Of a stretch of 64,000 bases of DNA, positions 46,573-56,224 are shown one piece after another. Source of the stretch: Vulcanimicrobiota bacterium (lineage in GTDB: Bacteria > Vulcanimicrobiota > Xenobia > Xenobiales > JADMJV01); assembly GCA_050250895.1 (NCBI GenBank), contig JBFWNU010000001.1:3172891-3236890 (forward strand), in the 5' to 3' direction. The number at the start of each line of letters is the position of its first letter. Position 1 is the first letter of the stretch. The notes under the pieces are model-generated. The model worked only from the letters and a program-made list of their open reading frames with translations, was not told the origin of the DNA and did not search any database. A program made the position numbers and the translations under genes.

Positions 46573-48168
46573 TTAGCCTTTGTTCTGGCAGTTGCGCAGC
46601 TGGTCGCGCAGGCCTTTGGCTTCGTAAGCCAGGTCGCGCTTTTGACCTTCGAGGCCGCTGACTTCGCTGTTGAGCGAGCTGTGCTCGCCCCGCAGCCCGT
46701 CGGCCCGGCTCCGAATGTCGCTGGCTTCGCGGCGGGCCTGGTCGGCTTCGCGGCGCATTCCGGGCACGGCCATGCGAGCGGCGCTGGCTTGATTGCGCAG
46801 GCTGCTGGCATCGTCGCGGGCCCGGTCGGCGCGGCGCTCGGTCTCGGCCAACCGCTGTTCGTAAGGAGCCAGAGCTTCGCGGACTTTCTTGTCCACGGTC
46901 TGGGGAATCTCACGCTCGCGGGTGTCGAGCTGGCCCTGACGGGTGTCGAGCTGGCCTTTGCGGGTGTCGTATTGACCCTGCAGTTCGGCCTGCCGACCGT
47001 CGTAGAGTTCTTGCTTGCGAGCCTCGACCAGCTGATCCTGGTCGCGCTCGATGGTGTCGACCTGGCCTTTGAAGACCTGCAGGTCGACCTGACGCTGGTT
47101 GAGGCCGGTCTCGCGCTGGCCGAGGCCAGTGTTGGTCTCGTCGAAACGGCGCTGGGAGTCTTCTTGAACCAGCTGGTCGCGACGGGCTTCTTTGTCTTCG
47201 ATGCGCTGGTTCTGCTCACCCAGAGCAGTTTCACGGTGGTCGAGTTCGGTGGTGCGGGTCTCGTGGTTAGAGATGGCCGCGGCGTTGTTTTTGTCGAGTT
47301 CGGCAGCCAGCTGGTCGAGGCCGGACTTGGCCGCTTCCAGGCGGTTTTCTTTCTCGTCGAGCTGGAGCCACTGCTGGCTATTGTGGACCGCCTCGACACC
47401 ACTGGTGATGCCCGAGCGCACGGCCCGCAGCAGGAAGTATCCGCCAGCGGCGCCGACCACACCCATCGCCACTCCGCCGACGATAGCGCCGGTTTTCGCG
47501 GCTCCGGCCAGGGCGGCGAAGCTGAAGTCTTTGGCCATCAGGCCGGTGGTCAGGTTGGCAGCGCCTGCGATGGAGCCACCCAGGACCGCGCCGCCCAGAC
47601 CGCCCGTGGCGACTCCGCCAGCAGCCAGCAGGTAACCGACCGCGTCGAGGGCTTTGGGCAGGGGAGCCGGCCTTTTGCCAGGCACACGACCCGCGTCGGG
47701 GTCGTAGCCGAGGATTTTCTTGCCAGTCCACTGGATGGCTTTGGCCGGCAGGCTACCGAGGCCTTTTCCGACTTTGTAGCCGCCCACGATGCCGGCCGCA
47801 CCACCGATCAGGATACCGGCTTGAGCGCCGTAGGCCGCGGTGGTCAGCGAGGTGCCGAGGAACTGCATCACGCCGGTGGTCGAGACCGAGGCGATGGCGG
47901 GGCCGAGGCCACCACCGATGGCGGTTCCGAGGATAGCGCCGCCGACGACCCCGGCGTAACCGCCCGCGATGGCGGTGACGATGCCGGTGCCTCCACCGAC
48001 GGCCAGGCTCATGTCGTTGCCGACACCGACCATTCCGGCGCCGATCTCTTTACGAGCACGGCCCACGAAGGAGTCCGACGGCTGGTCCTGAGCCGGCGGA
48101 GCCGGCTGCTGTTCTTTGGCCGCGCGGGCCGGGTTGTAAGTCTGGGGTGTAACGTTGGTGAGTTTCAT
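46573..48168 (-). CDS. Glycine-zipper membrane domain + long coiled-coil protein (gene C)
   Basis: GGGGAG RBS; about four GxxxG-rich hydrophobic segments, then a heptad-rich region ending LRNCQNKG. Confidence 0.85.
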   Translation of the reverse strand: MKLTNVTPQTYNPARAAKEQQPAPPAQDQPSDSFVGRARKEIGAGMVGVGNDMSLAVGGGTGIVTAIAGGYAGVVGGAILGTAIGGGLGPAIASVSTTGVMQFLGTSLTTAAYGAQAGILIGGAAGIVGGYKVGKGLGSLPAKAIQWTGKKILGYDPDAGRVPGKRPAPLPKALDAVGYLLAAGGVATGGLGGAVLGGSIAGAANLTTGLMAKDFSFAALAGAAKTGAIVGGVAMGVVGAAGGYFLLRAVRSGITSGVEAVHNSQQWLQLDEKENRLEAAKSGLDQLAAELDKNNAAAISNHETRTTELDHRETALGEQNQRIEDKEARRDQLVQEDSQRRFDETNTGLGQRETGLNQRQVDLQVFKGQVDTIERDQDQLVEARKQELYDGRQAELQGQYDTRKGQLDTRQGQLDTREREIPQTVDKKVREALAPYEQRLAETERRADRARDDASSLRNQASAARMAVPGMRREADQARREASDIRSRADGLRGEHSSLNSEVSGLEGQKRDLAYEAKGLRDQLRNCQNKG

Positions 48169-48196
48169 TGTCTTAAATCTCCCTACCGGCTCCGCG

Positions 48197-49246
48197 TTAG
48201 ATGGACTTCCGGATGATGTTGACCAGAACACCGGTGGCTACACCGGCGCCGAGTCCGACGGCCGCACCGCCAGCCACGCCGTAGGCCATTCCGAAACGGC
48301 CCTCGACGTCGGCCGTGAGGTCGTGTTTCTCGACCTGCGGCTTGTGGATGATGGTGCCCCCCATGACGGGGTTGTTGGCGGTGACATCGCGCATGCCCGG
48401 GTTCTGGGCGTCGCTGCCATTGATGCCCTCGAACCAGTTCTGGGGCACCTGCCCGATGACTTGCGTCTGGGTGACCGGGGTCTCGGAGGTGTATTGCACC
48501 GTCTGGGAGTGGCTGGCTTCCAGGCTCGAGGCCACGAAGCCGGCCGCGGCACCGGCGGCTGCACCGGCCAGACCGAAGCGGACTAGCAGTTTGGTGTCGC
48601 CTTTGGTCTCGCGGCGGTCGCCACCTTCGTAGGCACCGTCAGGGATGAATTTGCGGGCCACCGTCATCGCGGCGCCGACACCGAAGCCGAGACCGGCGCC
48701 GATGCCCATTCCCACCAGGCCCGAGACCAGCGGGCTACCGTCACCGGCAGGAGTGATCTTGACCTCGCGGGTGGTGTAGCTGCCGACTCGCTCGGTGGTG
48801 GTGGAAGGCTCGTAGTTGTGCTGCCATCCCTGGATGCTGCCGTTGGCGTCGTTGCGAACCGTTTCGGTGGCAACCCAGGGCTCTTTGGCATCGACCATAC
48901 TGGTGCGCAGGATGTCGTGGTCGGTCTTGATGATCTCGTAGCTGGGAGCGCTCAAGAACGAGGCCAGCATCTCTTTGCCGAGGCCGATGCTTCCACCGAC
49001 GGCTGCGCCAGCCAGGGCGCCGCCCATCATCAGCTCGGAGTTCTTGAAGTTCTTCAGAGCCGGGGGGCGGACAGCCGTGTCCTGGTCGAGGCGATCGAGG
49101 TCGTCGGAGACTTTGCCGAGTCCATCCTGGACCTGACCGTACTTGTTGTCGATAGCGGTGGCGTTCTCGTCGGGCACGAAGTCTTTCTTTTCGCCCGCGA
49201 TGTGTTTGGTTACGAAGTTGCTTACTCTGGTGGTTAGGTTGATCAT
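48197..49246 (-). CDS. Four glycine-zipper segments with two inserted beta-rich loops (gene B)
   Basis: AGGAG RBS; GGALAGAAVGG, GLVGMGIGAGLG, GLAGAAAGAAAG and GVAGGAAVGLGAG; paralog of 59690-60709. Confidence 0.85.
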   Translation of the reverse strand: MINLTTRVSNFVTKHIAGEKKDFVPDENATAIDNKYGQVQDGLGKVSDDLDRLDQDTAVRPPALKNFKNSELMMGGALAGAAVGGSIGLGKEMLASFLSAPSYEIIKTDHDILRTSMVDAKEPWVATETVRNDANGSIQGWQHNYEPSTTTERVGSYTTREVKITPAGDGSPLVSGLVGMGIGAGLGFGVGAAMTVARKFIPDGAYEGGDRRETKGDTKLLVRFGLAGAAAGAAAGFVASSLEASHSQTVQYTSETPVTQTQVIGQVPQNWFEGINGSDAQNPGMRDVTANNPVMGGTIIHKPQVEKHDLTADVEGRFGMAYGVAGGAAVGLGAGVATGVLVNIIRKSI

Positions 49247-49258
49247 GTTCGTGGGCTC

Positions 49259-50842
49259 CTAGTGACCGCAGTTCGCCAGCTTGCTGCGAAGGGTCGAGAT
49301 ATCCGACTGGAGGCGACCAATCTCGGTGCGCAGGTTACCCACTCGGGTGCGCAAGCTCGAGATCTCGTTGCTGAGTCGGCTGTAGTCGCTCTGGGCTGCG
49401 TTACGCGAGTTGACGGCGCTGTCGCGGTCGCCTTTCGCCGAAGCGAGCTCGGCGGCAGCCATGTTGTAGTCTTGCTGGGCCGAGCTGCGCTCGGACTGAG
49501 CCCGACGTTCGTCGTTCTCGGCGTCGCGAATGCGGCTTTCGAGGCGGTTCTTCTGGGGGTCGAACTCGCTGCGGAAGCGCTGCTCGATTTCGCTGTTGAT
49601 CTTCTGCTCTTGCGTGTTGAGCCGCGACTCGTAGTCGTCGAGCTGCTTCTGCATCTCGGCGTACTGAGCTTCGAGTTTGGGACGAAGCTCGGCGTAGGCG
49701 GCCTGACCGCGCTGTTCGATCGAGGCCTCGAGAGCGGCTTTGCGCTCTTTCTGCGTCTTCTCGAAGCCGTCGAGTTCGGTCTTGAAGCTGTCGAGCTTTT
49801 CGGTCCACTCTTTGAGGGTCAGTCCGTTGTCGACCTTCTCGGAGCCGAAGCGCTTTTCGTAGTCGGCCTTACCGGCATCAGAAATGTTCTCGTCGATGGC
49901 TTTTTCACGCTGGTTGGCATCGCCTTCCCGCTGCTCGACCCCCTGTTCGCGAGTGTCGAGAGCGGAGGTCTGCTCCTGGTGGTAAGTCCGCTTGGTATCG
50001 GCTTGAGCGGTGAGTCCGTCCTGGCGAACCTTGAGCTCTTCCTCCAGGGCGTCCAGGCGCGAGGCTTTTTGGCCGAGGTTTTCGCCATCGCCGGTCTTGT
50101 TCCAGATTTTGGAGGCCTGGTTGTAGACCCAGCCACCGGCGTTGGTGACCGTCTTGGCGGTGGCTACGCCACCTTTGGCACCGATGAAGCCCATCGTGAC
50201 CGCACCCACAGCCGCGCCGATTTTGGCGCCGGTCCCGGCCGTGCTAAAGTCGAAGCCGCTGGCGAAGAGAGAGCCGGTGGCGCCGATGCCGGCACCGATG
50301 ATGGCTCCTCCGGTGGCTCCGGCCGCGGCCCCGGTGCCAGCGATGGCGCTGGCCGCGAAGTTCGAAAATCCAGTGAGTTGTTTAAGGTCGTCAGGTTTGC
50401 TCTGACCGACGTCGGCTCCGAAGATGCGTCCGACCGATTTGCCGATGCTGACACCGGTGGCGATACCGCCGGCCAGACCAGCCGCGCCGCCGATGAACAG
50501 GCCCGCGCGAGCGGCAACCGAAGTGGAGCTGAGCACTCCCGAGAGGAAGCTTCCGGCGCCCTGCGAGGTGACCGTTCCGACTACCGGGCCGATGGCGCTG
50601 CCGAAGAGCGAGCCGATGATGGCTCCACCCAGCACGCCGGCATAGAGTCCGGGAAGGGCGAAGGTCAGGGCGCCTACGCCGCCGAGGGCGAACTTGACAA
50701 AGTTGCCACCCTCACTACCGCCGTCGTTGGCGGATTCAACTTTGTCCTGAGGCTCGGCGGCGGCCGGGGTGGCCGGTTTCTCCGGGGGGGCCGCATTGGC
50801 CACGTGGAGCTGCGAGCGCACAGGCATCCTTTCAATTCTCAT
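49259..50842 (-). CDS. Glycine-zipper membrane domain + long coiled-coil protein (gene A)
   Basis: GGAGGT RBS; same architecture as gene C (GLYAGVLGGAIIG vs GGYAGVVGGAILG); ends LANCGH. Confidence 0.85.
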   Translation of the reverse strand: MRIERMPVRSQLHVANAAPPEKPATPAAAEPQDKVESANDGGSEGGNFVKFALGGVGALTFALPGLYAGVLGGAIIGSLFGSAIGPVVGTVTSQGAGSFLSGVLSSTSVAARAGLFIGGAAGLAGGIATGVSIGKSVGRIFGADVGQSKPDDLKQLTGFSNFAASAIAGTGAAAGATGGAIIGAGIGATGSLFASGFDFSTAGTGAKIGAAVGAVTMGFIGAKGGVATAKTVTNAGGWVYNQASKIWNKTGDGENLGQKASRLDALEEELKVRQDGLTAQADTKRTYHQEQTSALDTREQGVEQREGDANQREKAIDENISDAGKADYEKRFGSEKVDNGLTLKEWTEKLDSFKTELDGFEKTQKERKAALEASIEQRGQAAYAELRPKLEAQYAEMQKQLDDYESRLNTQEQKINSEIEQRFRSEFDPQKNRLESRIRDAENDERRAQSERSSAQQDYNMAAAELASAKGDRDSAVNSRNAAQSDYSRLSNEISSLRTRVGNLRTEIGRLQSDISTLRSKLANCGH

Positions 50843-51047
50843 CTGTTTCTACCTCCGGTTGGGAGTCATGCTCCTGCCTACTGTATGCAAGCAGTTTACG
50901 GAGGCGGGCTTAAAGAACGATGAAAACCGAAAAGTTTTTTTGAGATCGCGTAGTTACGCAATTCTCGCGGCTCTCTCAGAATATTCCCGGGGGGTTGGCC
51001 AGAGGTTGGAACCTGGTGACGAATGTTGCCGGGCCGTGGGTTCGAAG

Positions 51048-52676
51048 TTAAGTCTCGTGAATTTCTGGATCCGTTTCCCAGCGCAGGTGAGCTGGGACCA
51101 CCCACCCCGGTTCGAGCACGCGGGCCAGTCTGGTGCAAGTTGTCGCTCGGTCGACCCGCCCGAGGTGGTATTCGCCAAAGGCCAGGTGGTCCAGGGCCAG
51201 GGGCTGGAACTCGACCCCCAGGCTGCGGACCCACAGTTGGAGCTGCTCCACCCCCCGGGGCAGTTCACCTCGCAGAATGGCCAGGGCCGCCCGGGCGGCG
51301 TTGGCTACGGCCGAACGGGGGGCCGTAGTGGCCGCTTCGTCGAGCAGACCCTGAGCACCGTCGAGGTCTTGTCTGAGCAGACGGGTCCAGGCCACACAGC
51401 CCAGCAAGGCGGGGCGGATCTCTTCGAGCCCCTCCACCTCGAGCAAATCCTCGAATTGGTCGTCGCGACACCCGAACAGCCGCAGAATGGCATTTTCAGG
51501 CTCAAGCTGACGGTAGCGATCGAGAATGTTGCCGGCCACCGACTCGCACTCGATCGTCTGCAACGACCTCAGGGCGAAAGTCGCTCGAGTCCTGGTATCG
51601 AGGTGCCAGGGAGGGATGGAGTCCGTCCAGGTGCTGAGAATGGCCGACCCGTCGGTGGGCACGCCGCCGGCAATCCACGGGACCAGGTTGCCCAGGCCGA
51701 CCCATAGATTCACCGCCCAGAGCATAAGCTCAGGCGCCCATTGGTGGAGACTGGCCTCGGTCGGCAAGACCGCCGGCCAGCAGGCCAGGGCCACCAGCAG
51801 GTTGGCCAGGGGTCCGGCCGCATAGACAAGCGTTCGTTTCCAGCGAAATCCATCCATGGTGGTGGGCTGTAGCAGCACTCGACCCCCAACTGGAAACAGC
51901 CGCAGTTGGAAGACGATAAACCGGAAGGTTCTGGTGAGCAGCGGCCTTCCCTGACCGATCGTGATGGCCACGATGTCATAGCCCACAAGCTGGGCAGCCA
52001 GCCAGTGGGCAGCTTCGTGGAGAATGCTGGCCAGGCTGCGCCACACCAGGGCCACGGCCAGATTGAGCAAAACGAAGTCACCCTCGTAGGCGGTCACCGC
52101 CACCAGCAGCAAACCGGCCAGGGCCAGAGCCCGTAACATGAAGGCGGCTCGCCTGCTGGTCCTTCTCTGGCATGTCAGGCAGAATCCATCGTCAAAGGCC
52201 GAAGCGAGCCAGGCGCTGAGGCCGCATTTCTTGCATGAGTATGTGACCTCGGGCTCGAACTCGACATCACTCATGCTGGTGAGGCTGTCAGCCAGAACCT
52301 GCTCGTCGAGGCATCCTTCCAGCGCTTTGGCGGCCTGGCTGCCCTCGGCCCGGGCCAGACCCCAGAGCAGATGATGGCTGTCGACCGAGGTGGAGGCCAC
52401 CGCCTGAGCTCTTTTCAAGGCCAGGTTGATGGCGGCGATGGTGGGCTCGCTAAAGGGGGCCGGGTTGACCAGTTTGCCAAGCAGAAAGGTACGCCGGCCG
52501 GGACCCTCATCGTCGGGTCGGCACTGGTCGAGCGCCGGGGCGGTTTTCACTAACCGGCAGGCCACGCCCCGTTCGCTCGCCAGCAGGCGCCGCAACACCA
52601 GGTCGGTGGTAACCTTCTGGCATGGAGCCGAAAGGACGGTCAGCACCGTTGCACTAAAGGCAATCGCCATGACCAA
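51048..52676 (-). CDS. Clp N-terminal repeat + CxxC ribbon + site-2 (M50) metalloprotease + TPR fusion; true start probably near 52470
   Basis: VDSHHLLWGL, CKKC..CLTC, LHEAAH, AGPLAN and NLVP..TDG. Confidence 0.75.
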   Translation of the reverse strand: MVMAIAFSATVLTVLSAPCQKVTTDLVLRRLLASERGVACRLVKTAPALDQCRPDDEGPGRRTFLLGKLVNPAPFSEPTIAAINLALKRAQAVASTSVDSHHLLWGLARAEGSQAAKALEGCLDEQVLADSLTSMSDVEFEPEVTYSCKKCGLSAWLASAFDDGFCLTCQRRTSRRAAFMLRALALAGLLLVAVTAYEGDFVLLNLAVALVWRSLASILHEAAHWLAAQLVGYDIVAITIGQGRPLLTRTFRFIVFQLRLFPVGGRVLLQPTTMDGFRWKRTLVYAAGPLANLLVALACWPAVLPTEASLHQWAPELMLWAVNLWVGLGNLVPWIAGGVPTDGSAILSTWTDSIPPWHLDTRTRATFALRSLQTIECESVAGNILDRYRQLEPENAILRLFGCRDDQFEDLLEVEGLEEIRPALLGCVAWTRLLRQDLDGAQGLLDEAATTAPRSAVANAARAALAILRGELPRGVEQLQLWVRSLGVEFQPLALDHLAFGEYHLGRVDRATTCTRLARVLEPGWVVPAHLRWETDPEIHET

Positions 52677-52948
52677 TTGCTTGGCGATTTGACGGCGCGG
52701 AGCCTGCTACTTCGCTGGGGTCGCCCGGACCCGACAGAGATGGAATCGCTGGTCCCACGCATCCTGGTCTCCTTCGCTGCCCTTCGCGCCAGCCTCGTGC
52801 ACTAGCCGGAGACGGCGGTCTTCTGACACTTTTACGGCCGAGGTGACTGCCGTCACAAAGTATCGTTTTTCACCGCCGGGGGGGCATCCCATCGGATATG
52901 CTCGGCGGGCAAAGAACTCGATACGAAAAGCTTAGGAGGTATCTTCAG

Positions 52949-55096
52949 TTGCGCAATTCCCTGATCGCGTGTTGCCTCTGCCTGGCCTGTATGGCCGGCT
53001 GCGTCACCACGCCCGAGCCAGACGCCACTGCGCCGGGCCCGGCCGCCAGCGTGGTCGGTCCGGGCGGCCCTACTCCGGTAGGAGAATCTCGCTATCTCTA
53101 CACTATTAGCTCGCTAGCCAGAAGCGTGGTCGGCTATCGAGTCGACCCGGTGACCGGACAACTCTTTCCGGTCGGCACGGCTCGCTTTGCTCCCCAGCAA
53201 GCGACGCCTCGGGCGCTGGTGGTGGTCAATCATCACGTCTACGCTGCCGAGAGCAACTCCGGCGCAGTCAACGCTTTCAACGTCCAGGCCGACGGTCGCC
53301 TGTTACCCATCCATGACGCGCTCGGACTGACCGGTGGCCCTGATCTGGTGGGCCTGCGCGCCACGCCGGATGGACAGAATCTCTTCGCCCTGGCCAGCAA
53401 TCCCACGGCTATCTACAGCCTCAAAGCCGACAGTTCGGGAGCTATCCGTCAGAACGGTCCGCCGCTGGCCTTGCCCGGAGGTTTGCCCAACACACCCAGT
53501 CCCCTGTGCGTCGACCCACAGGGCGACTTCGTCTTTGTCTGCAACAACGGCCAGGTCACCTCGCTGCGGATCAATCCCGACGGCACCCTGACTGCGGTCG
53601 GCAGCTTTACCGGAGCCGGTGGGGCCACGGCCGTGACAACCGACCGCAGCGGCTCGTTCCTCTACACTGTCGACCAGGCTCAGAATGTGGTTTCGCAATT
53701 CTCGGTGGCCCGCGCTACGGGTGCGCTGCAAGCCCTGCCGACGGCGACCATCGCCACTCCGACCGGGCCCCGAGCGATCGCCCTGGACCCGGCCGGGCCG
53801 TTTCTCTACGTGGGCACCGACAGCGGCCAGGTGGCTGCCTTCGCCATCGGCGGCAGCGGCCAATTGACCTCGCTTGGCCAAACCGCTTTCCAACCCGGCC
53901 AGGGCGCGGTGGTTGGGCTTGACGTCGACGCCGCTGGACGGGCTGTCTATGTGCGCATCTCACCGGCCCTGAATCTAGGCTTTCTTAGTCACGTGCCCAT
54001 CAATGCCGACGGTAGCCTGGGCCAGTTGCAGCGCTTCGACTCGGTGCTCAACGACGCCGGCGGCGAGATGCACTTCGACAACGGCACTCAGGCGGTGGCG
54101 GTCACTGCCAAGAACGTGTATACCGCCCACGCCGTGGCTAACACGGTCTCGTCTTTTGGCATCAATCCGACCACAGGAGCACTGACGGCCCTCAATACGA
54201 TGCCAAGCCTGGATCCCGAGCCGAGAGCGCTAGCCGTAGCCACCCTCACCGACGGCACCCGAGTGCTCTATCTAGCCACCTTCAACTCGCTCAACATCTT
54301 CCATCTCGCCCCGGACGGCAGCCTGGGGGCCGCCCTTCCGCTCAACCTCGGTAGCGGCTCGATCGTCTCGCTGGCGGTGAGCAGTTCGAATCGCTTTCTC
54401 TATGTCCTCGACAGCAATCCGGGGGGCAACTCCTTCGTGAGCGTCCTGGCCATTCAAGACGACGGAACGCTGGTGCCCACCGGCGGCCAAAGGGACACCG
54501 GTCTGCCGGGAGCCCGAAAGATCAAGACCGACCCTCGCGGGGGACTGGTCTACGTCACCCACGCCCAGGATGTGGTTACTTTTCTGGAAGGCTTTGCCGG
54601 GCAACTGGTCAACCAGGGGGCGACCTCGCTGGGAGCCCGCAACGTAGGTGTCACCGACCTGGCTCTCAATCCTCGCCTCAGTGTGGTGGGGACTGCTCTG
54701 AATCTGGCCGATCAGGTCGTGCTGGTGGCTCACGTCGCGCTGGGTCAGGTTGGAAGCGACCCGCCGGTAGTGGTGGGCCCGGCCCGGGCCGTGGCTTTTG
54801 ACCCCGCCGGCACCAACCTCTACGTCACCATCGACAACCCGCCGAGCCTGAGCCTCTATCGGGTGGCCGACAACCGGACTCTGACGCTGGTGCCGGGCGC
54901 GGTGCCGGTGGGAGCCATCCCGGCCGCCATCTCTACCGACGAGTCAGGACGCTTCTTCTATCTGCTCAACGTCGGCACCAACACCATCTCGCAGTTCGGG
55001 ATCAACCCCAACGGCACGGTCACCTCGTTGACTCCGGCCTTCGTCGCCACGGGCAACGGACCCAGCGACATGCTGGTGGTCAGCGACCGGCAATAG
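52949..55096 (+). CDS. Lipoprotein with tandem lactonase/YVTN-type beta-propellers
   Basis: AGGAGGT RBS, TTG start, MAGC lipobox, repeated DP.G.FLYV..DG.L blades. Confidence 0.85.
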   Translation: MRNSLIACCLCLACMAGCVTTPEPDATAPGPAASVVGPGGPTPVGESRYLYTISSLARSVVGYRVDPVTGQLFPVGTARFAPQQATPRALVVVNHHVYAAESNSGAVNAFNVQADGRLLPIHDALGLTGGPDLVGLRATPDGQNLFALASNPTAIYSLKADSSGAIRQNGPPLALPGGLPNTPSPLCVDPQGDFVFVCNNGQVTSLRINPDGTLTAVGSFTGAGGATAVTTDRSGSFLYTVDQAQNVVSQFSVARATGALQALPTATIATPTGPRAIALDPAGPFLYVGTDSGQVAAFAIGGSGQLTSLGQTAFQPGQGAVVGLDVDAAGRAVYVRISPALNLGFLSHVPINADGSLGQLQRFDSVLNDAGGEMHFDNGTQAVAVTAKNVYTAHAVANTVSSFGINPTTGALTALNTMPSLDPEPRALAVATLTDGTRVLYLATFNSLNIFHLAPDGSLGAALPLNLGSGSIVSLAVSSSNRFLYVLDSNPGGNSFVSVLAIQDDGTLVPTGGQRDTGLPGARKIKTDPRGGLVYVTHAQDVVTFLEGFAGQLVNQGATSLGARNVGVTDLALNPRLSVVGTALNLADQVVLVAHVALGQVGSDPPVVVGPARAVAFDPAGTNLYVTIDNPPSLSLYRVADNRTLTLVPGAVPVGAIPAAISTDESGRFFYLLNVGTNTISQFGINPNGTVTSLTPAFVATGNGPSDMLVVSDRQ

Positions 55097-55256
55097 GGTT
55101 TCTCAGTGGGTGGTATCAGTGGGGGGGCTGGCCGCCCCCCCCGCCCACCTGTCGAGAGGTCTGGCCGATGGCAAGCATCCAGGCTAGAAGCCTCGACGGC
55201 CCGAGAGCCAAGCGGTAACAAATCGGTCCTTGTCGAGCCCTCACGAGAGGGTTAAG

Positions 55257-56093
55257 ATGCTCGCGCACAAGCCTCGAATATTACAGGTACTGGTCTTGCT
55301 ATCGCTCGCTCTGTCTAGCCATAAACCGCCCGTTAGGAAGCCTCCGTCAGAGTGGAAGATGACCTGGCATGACGAGTTCAATGCTCCCGACGGCTCGGCC
55401 CCCGACCCCGATCATTGGACCCCCGCCGTGGGTGGCAACGGGTTTGGCAACCGCGAACTTCAGACCTATACCGACCGACCCGAGAACGTGGTGGTAGAGT
55501 CGGGCGATCTGGTCATCACCGCCCGGGAGGAGCATCACACCGGCCCCGACGGCATCCCCCGCGATTACACCTCGGCTCGTCTTCACACCCGCGAGCATTT
55601 CAACCAGCGCTATGGCCGCTTCGAGGCCCGCATCAAGGTGCCGGAAGGGCAGGGGATGTGGCCTGCCTTCTGGATGCTCGGCGCCAACCGCCACCGCGAT
55701 GGCTGGCCCCAGTGCGGCGAGATCGACGTCATGGAGAACGTGGGCAAGGAGCCGGGCCTTGTTCATGGCACGGTCCACGGGCCCGGGTATGCTGGCGCCC
55801 GCGGCATCTCAGCCGCCTTCGAGTTGCCCGACAACGAGGCTTTCAGCCAGGACTACCATATCTTCGGCGTCGAGTGGAGCCCCAAGAAGGTGACCTTCGA
55901 TGTCGACGGCGAGCCCTATCAGACGGTCACCCCCAAAGACTTGCCCGCGGGCGCCAAGTGGGTCTTCGACCATCCTTTCTACCTGCTGGTCAATCTGGCC
56001 GTGGGCGGCGATTGGCCCGGCCCCCCCGACGAGACCACCCAGTTCCCCCAGGAAATGCGGGTCGACTGGGTGCGCGCCTACAAGCGCTCGTAG
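55257..56093 (+). CDS. Glycoside hydrolase family 16 (beta-1,3-glucanase-like)
   Basis: WHDEFN, YTSARL, YGRFEARIK, WPAFWMLG, catalytic EIDVME and NLAVGGDW. Confidence 0.92.
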   Translation: MLAHKPRILQVLVLLSLALSSHKPPVRKPPSEWKMTWHDEFNAPDGSAPDPDHWTPAVGGNGFGNRELQTYTDRPENVVVESGDLVITAREEHHTGPDGIPRDYTSARLHTREHFNQRYGRFEARIKVPEGQGMWPAFWMLGANRHRDGWPQCGEIDVMENVGKEPGLVHGTVHGPGYAGARGISAAFELPDNEAFSQDYHIFGVEWSPKKVTFDVDGEPYQTVTPKDLPAGAKWVFDHPFYLLVNLAVGGDWPGPPDETTQFPQEMRVDWVRAYKRS

Positions 56094-56224
56094 AACCGTC
56101 GCTGGGCGTCGTGGCCCGACGGCGAACTATAATGTCAGCAAGTTTCCCGAGCCTCGAGACGCTTCTGTTCCGGCCCGGAAGGGGTCGGTAAGGCCGCGAG
56201 ATAACTTCAGCCATAGGAGGTAGA

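Noticed and set aside
46141-50923. Long plus-strand ORFs (691 aa and 553 aa) and the 668-aa ORF at 45456-47462
   Set aside because: Antisense or off-frame shadows of genes A and C and of the repeats; no motifs.
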